In this document: in pieces, positions 9,396 through 18,094 of the stretch | How positions within the stretch are numbered: position 1 is the first letter of the stretch | How the letters are laid out: each line of letters starts with the position of its first letter | Notes under the pieces: generated by a model | Seen by the model: the letters and a program-made list of their open reading frames with translations, nothing else | Told to the model about the DNA's origin: nothing | The model's database searches: none | DNA from: an uncultured Verrucomicrobiota bacterium | Lineage (GTDB): Bacteria; Verrucomicrobiota; Verrucomicrobiia; Limisphaerales; JADLHS01 | Direction of reading: 5' to 3' | Assembly: GCA_903828255.1 (NCBI GenBank) | Contig: CAIKLQ010000998.1 | Span: 3,133 to 67,132 of the forward strand | DNA length: 64,000 nt | Program-made: the position numbers and the translations under genes

Positions 9396-10915
9396 AGACT
9401 CGCCACTCGAACCGGAGTGCCGGGCTCCGATCCGGCGCGTTGGAGGGAACTGCCGGAAGCGCATTCGCCGCCGCCTCCGGCTCGGCCTCGGGTTTCCCGT
9501 TGTTTCGAGGAGGAGGGGGCCATGGGAAAGCGCGCGTTTTCGACCAAGCTCTCAGTGCGATCCTCTGGTCACTGGGGTTACTCTCGCTCGCCGCCGGCAC
9601 CACCTTTGCAGAGGGCACGCTCTACACGCTGGCAACCAACGGCCCCACCAGCAACCGGATCAACCTCGTGTTCCTGGCCGAAGGCTATACCGCCGGCCAG
9701 ACCGCCCAGTTCAGCGCCAACGCCCGCGCGGTCCTGCAACAGCTCACCACCACGCCGCCGTTCAACGAGTATTCCAATTACTTCAATGCCTTCGCGATTT
9801 TTGTGGCGTCCGCGGAAGCCGGCTCGGACCATCCGGCGCGCGGAATTTTCCGGGACACGTATTTCAACAGCACCTACGACAGTTACGGTACCGCTCGCCT
9901 AGTGACCATCCCGCCAAATGATTGGGACGGCAACTACGCCAACGGCTACGGCAAGGTGGATACCTTGTTACAGGCGTTGCTGCCGGATTATGACCAAGCG
10001 CTCCTGGTCGTGAACGACCCCGAGTACGGCGGTTCCGGCGGCACCGTGCTGGTTACCTCCACGCATCCGTCCTCGCCGGAAATCGGGGTGCATGAGTTTG
10101 GCCACAGCTTCGCCGACTTGGGCGATGAGTATAGCACGGCGTTTCCCGGATACCCCGACACGGAGGAGCCGAACACCACGCAGCAAACGAACCGCGCCCA
10201 AATCAAATGGAACGTTTGGATTCTGCCCAGCACGCCCGTACCGACGCCGGACGTGGCGAGCTACTACGCCGTGGACGGGCTGTTCGAGGGCGCGCATTAT
10301 CACCCCACCGGCTGGTTTCGCCCCAAGCACAATTGCAAGATGCGCGCCTTGGATATCCCGTTCTGCGAGATTTGCGGTGAAGCGTTTGTGCTCTCCATCT
10401 ACGGCCGGATTGAACCCATCGAATCAGTTTCGCCGGCGACCAACTCGCTGACCAGCTTGACCAACTCCGACGCGACCACGCTGTCGCTGGGGCTGCCGCA
10501 TCCCTCCACCCATTCGCTCGGCGTGCAATGGTTCGTGAACGGCGTTTTGCAACCCAACGCCACGAACGCGGCGTTCATCGTGAGCGGCTGGAATCTCCCG
10601 CAGCCAACCAACGCCATCCGCGCCGACGTGCGCGATGCCACCGCACTCGTACGCACCGACCCGCAGCAATTACTTCAGGCCAGCCGCACCTGGAGCGTCC
10701 AGTCCGCCATAGTTCGCCCCGCGCTTTCGATCAGCCCGGTGGGCGGCCAGATATCGGTGAGTTGGCCCGCGCTCGCCGCTGGGTTTCAATTGGAATCCAC
10801 GACGAACCTGGACCCGATCAACTCCTGGACCGGGTGGGGCGTCATCAGCAACCAAACCAGCGCGAACTTCCTCCCGTCCGCCGCGCCGCGGTATTTCCGG
10901 CTCCGGCATCCATGA
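9392..10915 (+). CDS. Peptidase M64 (IgA-peptidase-like) zinc metalloprotease
   Basis: NRINLVFLAEGYTAGQ... and the HExxH site VHEFGHSFADLGDEY are typical of family M64. It also has a C-terminal beta domain. The start is uncertain. Confidence 0.75.
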   Translation: MKTRHSNRSAGLRSGALEGTAGSAFAAASGSASGFPLFRGGGGHGKARVFDQALSAILWSLGLLSLAAGTTFAEGTLYTLATNGPTSNRINLVFLAEGYTAGQTAQFSANARAVLQQLTTTPPFNEYSNYFNAFAIFVASAEAGSDHPARGIFRDTYFNSTYDSYGTARLVTIPPNDWDGNYANGYGKVDTLLQALLPDYDQALLVVNDPEYGGSGGTVLVTSTHPSSPEIGVHEFGHSFADLGDEYSTAFPGYPDTEEPNTTQQTNRAQIKWNVWILPSTPVPTPDVASYYAVDGLFEGAHYHPTGWFRPKHNCKMRALDIPFCEICGEAFVLSIYGRIEPIESVSPATNSLTSLTNSDATTLSLGLPHPSTHSLGVQWFVNGVLQPNATNAAFIVSGWNLPQPTNAIRADVRDATALVRTDPQQLLQASRTWSVQSAIVRPALSISPVGGQISVSWPALAAGFQLESTTNLDPINSWTGWGVISNQTSANFLPSAAPRYFRLRHP

Positions 10916-10971
10916 GGAGTCCGCGACCGGACGCTCGCCGCATGGCTGCTTGTCCGCCGCCGGAGAATTGA

Positions 10972-12384
10972 TTGGAAACTTGGATTGTAGGGCGGATGCG
11001 CTACCCTGCCGCCATGAATGAAACCGCTGCCCGTTCCGTGAGCCTTGCGGCGCCCGCGCCGCCAGCCGCTGCGGAACACGCGCGTTTCGTCCGCAAGCAA
11101 CTGCCCGAGCACGGCCTCTTTGCCAACCACGATTGGCGCACCTCCGCTGCCCCATTTCCACTCGGCCCGGAACTGGCGAAGGAGATCGAATCGCTGGGCC
11201 GCGTGCTGCTGCAGTTTTATCGCGCGGTCAATTTGCTTTACCGCAAGAGCGCGGAAGGCCAGCAGCCCGAGTGGGTCGCGCGCTGGCTGGACCTCGGCAA
11301 ACCGGCCGAACTCATCGCGCTGCAACGCTCGCCGGCGTTCAAGAATCATGTGCCGCGCGTCATCCGGCCCGATCTGCTCCTGACCGAGCACGGCCTGAGC
11401 GTGACGGAACTGGATTCCGTGCCCGGCGGCATCGGGTTGACGGCGTGGCTGAATCAAACTTATTCGGAGTCCCAAGCCCAAAGTCCCAAGTCCCAAGTCA
11501 TGGGCGGTGCGGACGGCATGTTGCGCGGGTTCGAGTCCATCTTCGGCGACGCAAAACAAGTCCACATCGTTGTCTCCGAGGAATCGGCGACCTATCGGCC
11601 CGAGATGCAATGGCTCGCCGATCAGTTGGGAAATTCAAAATTCAGAATTCAGAATTCAGAATTCACCAACTTCGCCGACGGCGACGCGGTATATCGCTTC
11701 TTCGAGTTGTTCGATCTCGCAAACGTGGCGAACGCGCACACCATTTTTGAACTGGCCGCCGCCGGCCGTATTCGCCTCACGCCGCCGCCCAAGCCAGTGT
11801 TCGAGGAGAAAATGTTGTTCGCCCTGCTGTGGAATCGAAACCTCTACAGCTTCTGGCGGCAGGAACTTGGTGAAGGCTTTTTGAATCGCCTCCGCAAACT
11901 CGTGCCCTACACCTGGGTGGTTGACCCTTCGCCCCTGCCGCCGCAGGCCACCCTCCCCGAACTCAACCTCACCGATTGGCAGCAACTCAAGGCGCTCTCG
12001 CAAAAGGAACGCGAACTGATCCTGAAAGTTTCCGGTTTCTCGGCTCACGCCTGGGGCGCGCGCGGCGTCTTTCTCGGCAGCGATTTGTCGCAGGAGGAAT
12101 GGGCGACGGTCGTGGGCGACGCGATCCGGCATTTCCAGGAATCCCCGCGCGTGTTGCAGCGCTTCCACAAAACCACCCTCGTCGAAGCGCAGTGGTTTGA
12201 CTTCCAGCGCAACGAACTCGTGCCCATGAAAGGGCGCGCGCGATTGTGCCCCTACTATTTCGTGTCCGGCGACGGCGACGCCGCGCGTCCGCAACTCGGC
12301 GGCGTGCTGGCCACGATTTGCCCAGCGGATAAGAAGATCATTCACGGGATGACCGAGGCCATCCTGGCCCCCTGCTGCGCATGA
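10972..12384 (+). CDS. Hypothetical protein, possibly ATP-grasp-like (glutathionylspermidine-synthase-type fold)
   Basis: 470 aa. RPDLLLTEHGLSVTELDSVPGGIG and the later LKVSGFSAHAWGARGVFLG segment resemble ATP-grasp ligase patterns. It carries two internal heptamer arrays. The family call is weak. Confidence 0.5.
   Translation: METWIVGRMRYPAAMNETAARSVSLAAPAPPAAAEHARFVRKQLPEHGLFANHDWRTSAAPFPLGPELAKEIESLGRVLLQFYRAVNLLYRKSAEGQQPEWVARWLDLGKPAELIALQRSPAFKNHVPRVIRPDLLLTEHGLSVTELDSVPGGIGLTAWLNQTYSESQAQSPKSQVMGGADGMLRGFESIFGDAKQVHIVVSEESATYRPEMQWLADQLGNSKFRIQNSEFTNFADGDAVYRFFELFDLANVANAHTIFELAAAGRIRLTPPPKPVFEEKMLFALLWNRNLYSFWRQELGEGFLNRLRKLVPYTWVVDPSPLPPQATLPELNLTDWQQLKALSQKERELILKVSGFSAHAWGARGVFLGSDLSQEEWATVVGDAIRHFQESPRVLQRFHKTTLVEAQWFDFQRNELVPMKGRARLCPYYFVSGDGDAARPQLGGVLATICPADKKIIHGMTEAILAPCCA
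11469..11500. repeat. Heptanucleotide tandem array inside a CDS (gtcccaa-type, about 4.5 units)
   Basis: gtcccaa gcccaaa gtcccaa gtcccaa gtca. Translated in frame as SQAQSPKSQV. Confidence 0.8.
11632..11666. repeat. AT-rich heptanucleotide tandem array inside a CDS (aattcag, 5 units)
   Basis: aattcaa aattcag aattcag aattcag aattcac, containing four overlapping GAATTC sites. About 30% GC inside a GC-rich gene. Translated as SKFRIQNSEFT. Confidence 0.85.
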
Positions 12385-13034
12385 ACCCAGAACTTGATGC
12401 CTTGTTTCATTACGCGCTGCTGGCCTTCGGCTCGTTGTTCGTGATCGTTGATCCCATCGCGACGGTGCCGGCGTTCCTGGCCATGACGCCGCGCGACACC
12501 CCGGAGCAACGCATGCGCACGGCGCGACTGGCATCGTTCGTGATGGCTGGCGTGCTGCTGCTTTTCGCGGTGGCGGGCAAAATCATTTTCAAGTTTCTGG
12601 GCATCACGATGCCGGCGTTCCAAATCGCCGCGAGCATCGTGCTGCTGATGGTGGCGCTGGACATGTTGCGGGCGCAGCGTTCGCGGATGCAGGAGACGAG
12701 TGAGGAAACCCACGCGGGCACGGAGAAAGCCGACATCGCGATCACGCCGCTGGCCGTGCCGATGCTGGCGGGGCCGGGCGCGATCTCCACGGTCATCGTG
12801 TTGCAAGCGCGGTCCAGCGGGGTGGCGCAACACGCCGCGCTTTATGTCTGCATCATCGGGGTGGCGCTCGCGAGCTACGTCATCTTCCGCATCTCCGCCC
12901 ACGGCGCGAAGTGGCTGAATCCCATCGCCATGAAAATCACGACGCGCATCATGGGGTTGCTCCTGGCCGCGGTGGCGATTCAATTCCTGATCAACGGCCT
13001 CAAAGGTGTGAAAGCGGAATGGCTCTCGCCGTAA
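12381..13034 (+). CDS. MarC-family (UPF0056) integral membrane protein
   Basis: 217 aa. FGSLFVIVDPIATVPAFLAMT is the characteristic MarC N-terminal motif. There are six TM segments and an ATGA overlap with the upstream gene. Confidence 0.8.
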   Translation: MNPELDALFHYALLAFGSLFVIVDPIATVPAFLAMTPRDTPEQRMRTARLASFVMAGVLLLFAVAGKIIFKFLGITMPAFQIAASIVLLMVALDMLRAQRSRMQETSEETHAGTEKADIAITPLAVPMLAGPGAISTVIVLQARSSGVAQHAALYVCIIGVALASYVIFRISAHGAKWLNPIAMKITTRIMGLLLAAVAIQFLINGLKGVKAEWLSP

Positions 13035-13112
13035 CGCCGCGACCTGGGGCCAATCGCCCCCGGCGGCAGATCGCCCCTTGACGGCCGAAATAGGCGGGCA
13101 CATGCTTCGCCA

Positions 13113-13904
13113 ATGATCACCGCCGCAACAGCAACTCTCTCGGCCCCGCGAAGCGCCAATCAGGAAATGGGCATCCCTTCCGCGCGAACGAAATCTCCCG
13201 GCAGGGGCTTCACCCTGATCGAACTGCTCGTGGTGATCGCCATCATCGCGATTCTTGCCGCGCTGCTGCTGCCGGCGCTCGCCAACGCCAAGCAGAAAGC
13301 CCTGACCGTCCGTTGCATGAGCAACCAAAGCCAGATCGGCAAGGCCTTTTTCATGTACGCCGACGACAACAATTCCTATTACCCCGAGATCAGCGACTGG
13401 GCTTCCACCGGCGGCAAAGACGGGACTTACGATGTTTACACGGCGGCGACCAATCGCCCGCTGAATGTCTATATTGCGCGGGGTTACGAAGTTTTCCGTT
13501 GCCCCTCTGACAAGGGCGATTTCTGGTCGCTGGCCGCGCGCGGGGTCAACTGCACCAACTGCTACCTGCAATACGGCAACAGCTACCTGACCGAGTTCGG
13601 TTTCGACTATTTCAAAGTCAAGCTGGTCTGCGGCCAGAAAGGCGAAACGAATCCGAAGTACCGCTCAATCCGCAGCTCGGAAGTCGCTCTCAAGCCCACT
13701 ACCAAAATCATCCAAGGCGACTGGATCTGGCACGCCAACCGGGACGTCACTCAGGCGCGCGGCCAATGGCACAATTACAAGGGCCGGAATCGTATGATGA
13801 TGCTCTTCGGGGACTCGCACACCGAGTATTTCAAGTTCCTTTCCACGGCGCAAATGAACGCGCTCGCCAGCGACCCTCCGGACCGAAATTTCCTCTGGTG
13901 GTAG
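13113..13904 (+). CDS. Prepilin-type N-terminal cleavage/methylation domain protein (DUF1559-like, PVC type)
   Basis: [32 protein letters not shown], then a C-terminal [10 protein letters not shown] (H-x9-DG-like) region. Alternative start is ATG at 13167. Confidence 0.8.
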   Translation: MITAATATLSAPRSANQEMGIPSARTKSPGRGFTLIELLVVIAIIAILAALLLPALANAKQKALTVRCMSNQSQIGKAFFMYADDNNSYYPEISDWASTGGKDGTYDVYTAATNRPLNVYIARGYEVFRCPSDKGDFWSLAARGVNCTNCYLQYGNSYLTEFGFDYFKVKLVCGQKGETNPKYRSIRSSEVALKPTTKIIQGDWIWHANRDVTQARGQWHNYKGRNRMMMLFGDSHTEYFKFLSTAQMNALASDPPDRNFLWW

Positions 13905-14080
13905 CGCGCATCGCCATAGCCGGCGGGGCTTGGCGCTTTAAGGGCTGGAGATGGCGGCTAGGAGGCGGCAGGCCCTTCAAGACAGCACTGGCGGGGGTCG
14001 GATTCACGGCCGGCATATTGACGCCACCACCAACCCCGCCCCGCAGCCTTGCAGATTGCAAATGCTTGCGGGCGCTGGAG

Positions 14081-15298
14081 TCAGCCGATGAAGGCGGCGT
14101 GGACGGCTTTCATCGCCGGCTCGCCTTTCGCCAGATCAATCACCACGGAGATCTTGATTTCGCTCGTCGAGATCATGTCAATGTTCACGCCGGCTGTGGC
14201 GAGCACATCGAACAACTTCCCGGCCACCCCGCTGTGGCTTTTCATGCCCACGCCGACGATGGAGAGCTTGCCGATGCCTTCGTTCGCGATCACTTCGCGG
14301 TAGCCAATCTCCGCCCTCAATCCCTCAATCACCTTGCGCGCCTTGAGCAGGTCGGGCTTGTCCACGGTGAAGGAAAGGTCCGTGGCGGGCGTGCCGCTGC
14401 CGTGGCTGATGTTTTGCACGATCATATCCACGTTCACGTTCGCGTCGCCGACGGCCTTGAAGATTCGCGCCGCCACGCCGGGTTTGTCCGGCACGGCCAC
14501 GAGCGTGACCTTGGCCTGATTCTTGTCGAGCGAGACGCCGCGAATCACGACGTCTTCCATGCTTTTGGTTTCTTCTTTCACAATCGTTCCGGGGTTGTCG
14601 TTCAAACTGGAGCGGACTTCAAACACCACGCCAAATTTCTTGGCAAATTCAACGGAGCGGCTCTGCATCACCTTCGCGCCGAGGCTGGCAAGTTCGAGCA
14701 TCTCGTCGTAGGAAATTTCTGCGAGCTTCTTCGCGCTGGGCACGATGCGCGGGTCGGCGGTATAGACGCCATCAACGTCGGTGTAAATCTGGCAGAGGTC
14801 GGCCTTGAGCGCGGCGGCGAGGGCGATGGCCGTCAGATCCGAACCGCCGCGGCCCAGCGTGGTAATCTGACCGTCCTTCGTCTCGCCTTGAAAGCCCGCC
14901 ACGATGACGACGTTGCCCTGATCGAGCCGCTCATGAACCTGTTTGGGCGTGATGTTGTGAATCTTGGCCTTGGTGTGGACGCCGTCCGTGACGATGCCCG
15001 CCTGCGCGCCGGTGAGCGAAACCGCCGGGATATTGAGCGCGTGCAAGGCGATGGCCGTGAGCGCGATGGTCTGTTGCTCGCCGGTGGCGAGAAGCATGTC
15101 CATCTCACGTTCGCTGGGCAGCGGCGCGATCTCTTTGGCCAGCTTGATCAAGCCATCGGTGACGCCGCTCATGGCGGAAACCACGACTACGATCTGGTCG
15201 CCTTGCGCGCGATATTTCGCCACGCGCGCGGCCACATTTTTGATGCGATCCGTGTTGGCCACCGACGTGCCGCCATATTTTTGAACGATCAATGCCAT
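14081..15298 (-). CDS. lysC: Aspartate kinase
   Basis: MALIVQKYGGTSVANTDRIKNVA.. VVVVSAMSGVTD .. and two C-terminal ACT domains. ATG at 15298 chosen because aspartate kinases usually begin MALIVQKYGG. The ORF extends to 15325. Confidence 0.93.
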   Translation of the reverse strand: MALIVQKYGGTSVANTDRIKNVAARVAKYRAQGDQIVVVVSAMSGVTDGLIKLAKEIAPLPSEREMDMLLATGEQQTIALTAIALHALNIPAVSLTGAQAGIVTDGVHTKAKIHNITPKQVHERLDQGNVVIVAGFQGETKDGQITTLGRGGSDLTAIALAAALKADLCQIYTDVDGVYTADPRIVPSAKKLAEISYDEMLELASLGAKVMQSRSVEFAKKFGVVFEVRSSLNDNPGTIVKEETKSMEDVVIRGVSLDKNQAKVTLVAVPDKPGVAARIFKAVGDANVNVDMIVQNISHGSGTPATDLSFTVDKPDLLKARKVIEGLRAEIGYREVIANEGIGKLSIVGVGMKSHSGVAGKLFDVLATAGVNIDMISTSEIKISVVIDLAKGEPAMKAVHAAFIG

Positions 15299-15379
15299 AA
15301 AATCCCCGGACTCGTACGCCTCCATCGGAAGTCAACGAAGCCCCAAAGGGAGCGGGAACTTAAACTGTGCAGGCCGGTT

Positions 15380-15700
15380 TGAAAAGCGCGGAGTTTTAGT
15401 GGCGCCAGCCTCCTGGTTTGCGACCTTGTCGGCAACCTTTCAGGTTGGCGAACCCGGTTTGACGCAGCCGGGAAACGCCAAGCCGGAGGCTCGCGACACC
15501 GGTGTGATTAAGAGCGGGTGTGGAAATGGTTGCCCGCGCAGGGACTGAGCCTCAATGAAGCAAAGACCCGCCTGGGGAACAGTCGGGAAGCCGGATACGG
15601 GAAATCCGTCTGTCCGGTTTGCTGCGGGGTGGAGGAGGACGTTAGGAGCTGACAACTACGGTCGGTTGAACCCCTAGCGCCAACTCTGCCTAACTCTACT
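15380..15700. other. Highly structured GC-rich segment in the lysC / GNAT divergent intergenic region (candidate ncRNA or leader, family unidentified)
   Basis: Stems seen: ttggcg..cccgg..ccggg..cgccaa (about 15444-15481); gaggctc (about 15486) with gagcctc (about 15547); cccgc (about 15566) with gcggg (about 15624). A 33-nt hairpin aagccggau-acgg-gaaa-uccgu-cu-guccgguuu lies at 15588-15620. Confidence 0.3.
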
Positions 15701-15782
15701 TTGCGTCAGGGAAAAAGGATTGAGTCTTGCGGCGGTGCCGCGGTTGGGGCAGGATGCGGTTGCAAAAAAACCGATTGCTTTT

Positions 15783-16367
15783 ATGTCCATTGAACTCGAA
15801 CTCCAGAAATTCCCGAAGGAAATCACGTTGAAGGACGGCGCAAAGGTCACGTTGCGACCGTTGCGCAAGACCGACGAAAAGAACTTCCACGAACTGTTCC
15901 TCGGCATCCCAGAGCAGGAACGCATGTTCATCAAGCATCGCGTCACGGAACTGGCGGTCATCCGCGATTGGTGCCAGAACATTGACTTGGGGCGCAATCT
16001 TCCGCTGGTCGCCGTGCAAGGTGGAAAAATCCTCGGCGACGCCACCTTGCATCAACAACTCGGCGGCTGGAAACGGCACATCGGGCGCGTGAGCGTCCTG
16101 GTGCATCCACAGTATCGCGGGCGCGGGCTCGCACGAGCGCTCGTCTCGGAGATCGTGGACATCGCGCGCAACGTCAGCTTGGAGAAGGTGGAAGCCGAAT
16201 TCATCGGCGGGCAGGAGACGGCGATCCACATGTTCGCCATGCTGGGCTTCAGCGAACTGGTCCGGCTGGATGACTATGTGAAAGACATGCAGGCCATCAC
16301 CCACGAGTACGTTTTGATGGGACTCAACCTCCACGGCGACGAGGAATACGCCGGCGTCGGCGGCTGA
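15783..16367 (+). CDS. GNAT-family N-acetyltransferase
   Basis: VLVHPQYRGRGLARALVSEIVDIAR is the acetyl-CoA-binding motif A (Q/RxxGxG/A). ATG at 15783 (MSIELELQKF) is preferred over the track start 15720. Confidence 0.8.
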   Translation: MSIELELQKFPKEITLKDGAKVTLRPLRKTDEKNFHELFLGIPEQERMFIKHRVTELAVIRDWCQNIDLGRNLPLVAVQGGKILGDATLHQQLGGWKRHIGRVSVLVHPQYRGRGLARALVSEIVDIARNVSLEKVEAEFIGGQETAIHMFAMLGFSELVRLDDYVKDMQAITHEYVLMGLNLHGDEEYAGVGG

Positions 16368-16432
16368 GTTGCACGCCTCAGAGGCAAGCTCGCCGTCACC
16401 GAACCACCCAAGCCGACGCGGCGCGCCCATCG

Positions 16433-16696
16433 ATGCCTCAGGAAATTTGCCCCAACTGCGGCAGCGAGCTTTCGCCCAAAGCTCGCGTCTGCCCGTATTG
16501 CGGCTCGGATGAAAAGACCGGCTGGTCCGACGAAGCGCACGTTGGCGGGTTGGATCTGCCGGATCAGGAATTCAACTACGACGAATTCGTACAAGACGAG
16601 TTTGGCGGAGCGAGAGTCAAACCGCGCGGGCTGCATTGGTTCTGGTGGTTGGTCGCGCTGTTGTTGCTCATCGCGGTGGTGTTGGTTTGCACCTAA
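16433..16696 (+). CDS. Zinc-ribbon protein with C-terminal TM helix
   Basis: 87 aa. CPNCGSEL..x..CPYCGSDE forms two CxxC pairs. An acidic middle is followed by the TM helix WFWWLVALLLLIAVVLV. Confidence 0.55.
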   Translation: MPQEICPNCGSELSPKARVCPYCGSDEKTGWSDEAHVGGLDLPDQEFNYDEFVQDEFGGARVKPRGLHWFWWLVALLLLIAVVLVCT

Positions 16697-16773
16697 TCGC
16701 TTCCTGCCACCATGAATCCCCTGGCGTTTTGAGCCACCGCCGCTGGCAGCCACTTTTCCGCGGCAACGAATCC

Positions 16774-17994
16774 ATGGATTGGAACGAAATTGATTGGCCC
16801 GCACTGGAGCGCTTGCGCGCCAACTTTTTGGGCGGCCGCGCCGGCGCCGCCGATTACTGGCGAAGCGAATCTGACCTCGCCAGCTACGACACCACCTTTG
16901 CCCAGCGGATCGGTTGGAAGTGGGATTACGTGCTCGCCGAACTCGCACGGCGCGGTTGGTCGCCACCGCGCGGGGAGCTGCTCGATTGGGGTTGCGGCAG
17001 CGGCATTGCCGGGCGGGCGTTTCTTGACCATTTCGGCGTTGAGTCTGTTTCGACACTTCGGGTCTGGGATCGCTCGACGCTAGCCAGGCAATTCGCGACC
17101 CGCCGGGCGCAGGCAAAGTATCCGGGGCTGGAAGTTGCCCCCTGGCTTGGAGATGTTCCGGGGGCGGCGGAAGCATTGGAGCGCCGGCCTCCGATCTGCC
17201 GTGAAACCGTGGACCTACCGATGAACCAGCGAGAGGCACGGGCCTCTCGCTCGTGCGAACCGGAACCCACAGGCGAGACGCCTGTGCCACTACCGCCGTC
17301 GCCCGCTCATAGCGGTTCAGTAGCCCAAGCCGCGACCCCTTGGCGTCCACGGCAGATATACTCAAAAGCCGGTTCAGAAACCGACGCTCCGCCCGGCACG
17401 CTTCTCGTCAGCCATGTTCTAAACGAACTAACCCCCGATCAGATCGAAGCCCTAGTCAGGTTGATTGCCCGTTCGGAGTGCGTCCTCTGGGTTGAGCCCG
17501 GAACTTACGGCGTGAGCCGCGCGCTCAGCGCGATCCGCGAACGACTGCGTCCCGAATTCAACGTCATCGCGCCCTGCCCGCATCAGGAACATTGCGGCGT
17601 CCTCACGGCGGGTAACGAACGGCATTGGTGTCATCATTTTGCGTCGCCGCCGGCGGAAGTTTTCCAGGATGGTCACTGGTCCCACTTCGCCAATCTGCTT
17701 GGCATTGACCTGCGCGACCTGGCCCTAAGTTTTCTCGTCCTCGATCGGCGTCCCGCTCCGGCACTGCCCCCGGGCGCGACCCGCATCCTCGGCCATCCGC
17801 GAATTTACAAGCCGCACGCGCTGCTCTTGAGTTGCGACCAAGCCGGCGTGCGTGAGCGCAAACTGACGAAGCGCGCCTTGCCAGAAGAATTCAAGCGCCT
17901 GAAGAACCGTGAATTCGATTCGTTGCAAATCATGCAGGGCGAAGGTGCGGAAGTGGAATCGTGCGCCGATTCTCAGGGTTTGATGATGCGATGA
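16774..17994 (+). CDS. Rsm22-family (COG5459) SAM-dependent methyltransferase-like protein
   Basis: ATG at 16774 (MDWNEIDWPALERL). LLDWGCGSGIAG is SAM motif I. The C-terminal APCPHQEHCGV...WCHHF cysteine cluster is typical of Rsm22. It contains an inserted hairpin-repeat segment. Confidence 0.65.
   Translation: MDWNEIDWPALERLRANFLGGRAGAADYWRSESDLASYDTTFAQRIGWKWDYVLAELARRGWSPPRGELLDWGCGSGIAGRAFLDHFGVESVSTLRVWDRSTLARQFATRRAQAKYPGLEVAPWLGDVPGAAEALERRPPICRETVDLPMNQREARASRSCEPEPTGETPVPLPPSPAHSGSVAQAATPWRPRQIYSKAGSETDAPPGTLLVSHVLNELTPDQIEALVRLIARSECVLWVEPGTYGVSRALSAIRERLRPEFNVIAPCPHQEHCGVLTAGNERHWCHHFASPPAEVFQDGHWSHFANLLGIDLRDLALSFLVLDRRPAPALPPGATRILGHPRIYKPHALLLSCDQAGVRERKLTKRALPEEFKRLKNREFDSLQIMQGEGAEVESCADSQGLMMR
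17230..17286. repeat. Two GC-rich hairpins (REP-like element) embedded in a CDS
   Basis: cgagagg-cacggg-cctctcg (17230-17249) and cacaggcg-aga-cgcctgtg (17268-17286). Translated in frame as REARASRSCEPEPTGETPVPL. Confidence 0.75.
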
Positions 17995-18094
17995 CGACCA
18001 ATGCGGCGTTCACGGTCCTGGCACCGACGAGGGTGGACGCCACGAAGACGCCAGTGCAAACCAGTGTGCTCTTCGTCACCAATACCACGGCGGC

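Noticed and set aside
13766-15382. Long antisense or shadow ORFs opposite lysC. The same applies to 7196-8335 and 7381-8208 opposite the MFS gene, 42311-43411 opposite the XylA-like gene, 57696-59462 opposite recJ, 12342-13571, 10786-11610 and 61295-62032
   Set aside because: Each overlaps a confidently recognised gene on the other strand or frame and has low-complexity R/G/A/D/H-rich composition. These are high-GC artefacts.
15326-15782. Lysine riboswitch, RNase P RNA, tmRNA, SRP RNA or a full group II intron in the lysC upstream spacer
   Set aside because: On either strand I could not find the conserved cores. Missing are AGAGGCGC/GCCGAAG for the L-box, GAGGAAAGUCCGG for RNase P, the GGGG..UCCACCA ends for tmRNA, and GGAAGCAGCC for SRP. 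The spacer is too short for intron domains I-IV, has no GUGYG 5-prime end and has no reverse-transcriptase ORF. It is kept only as an unclassified structured region.
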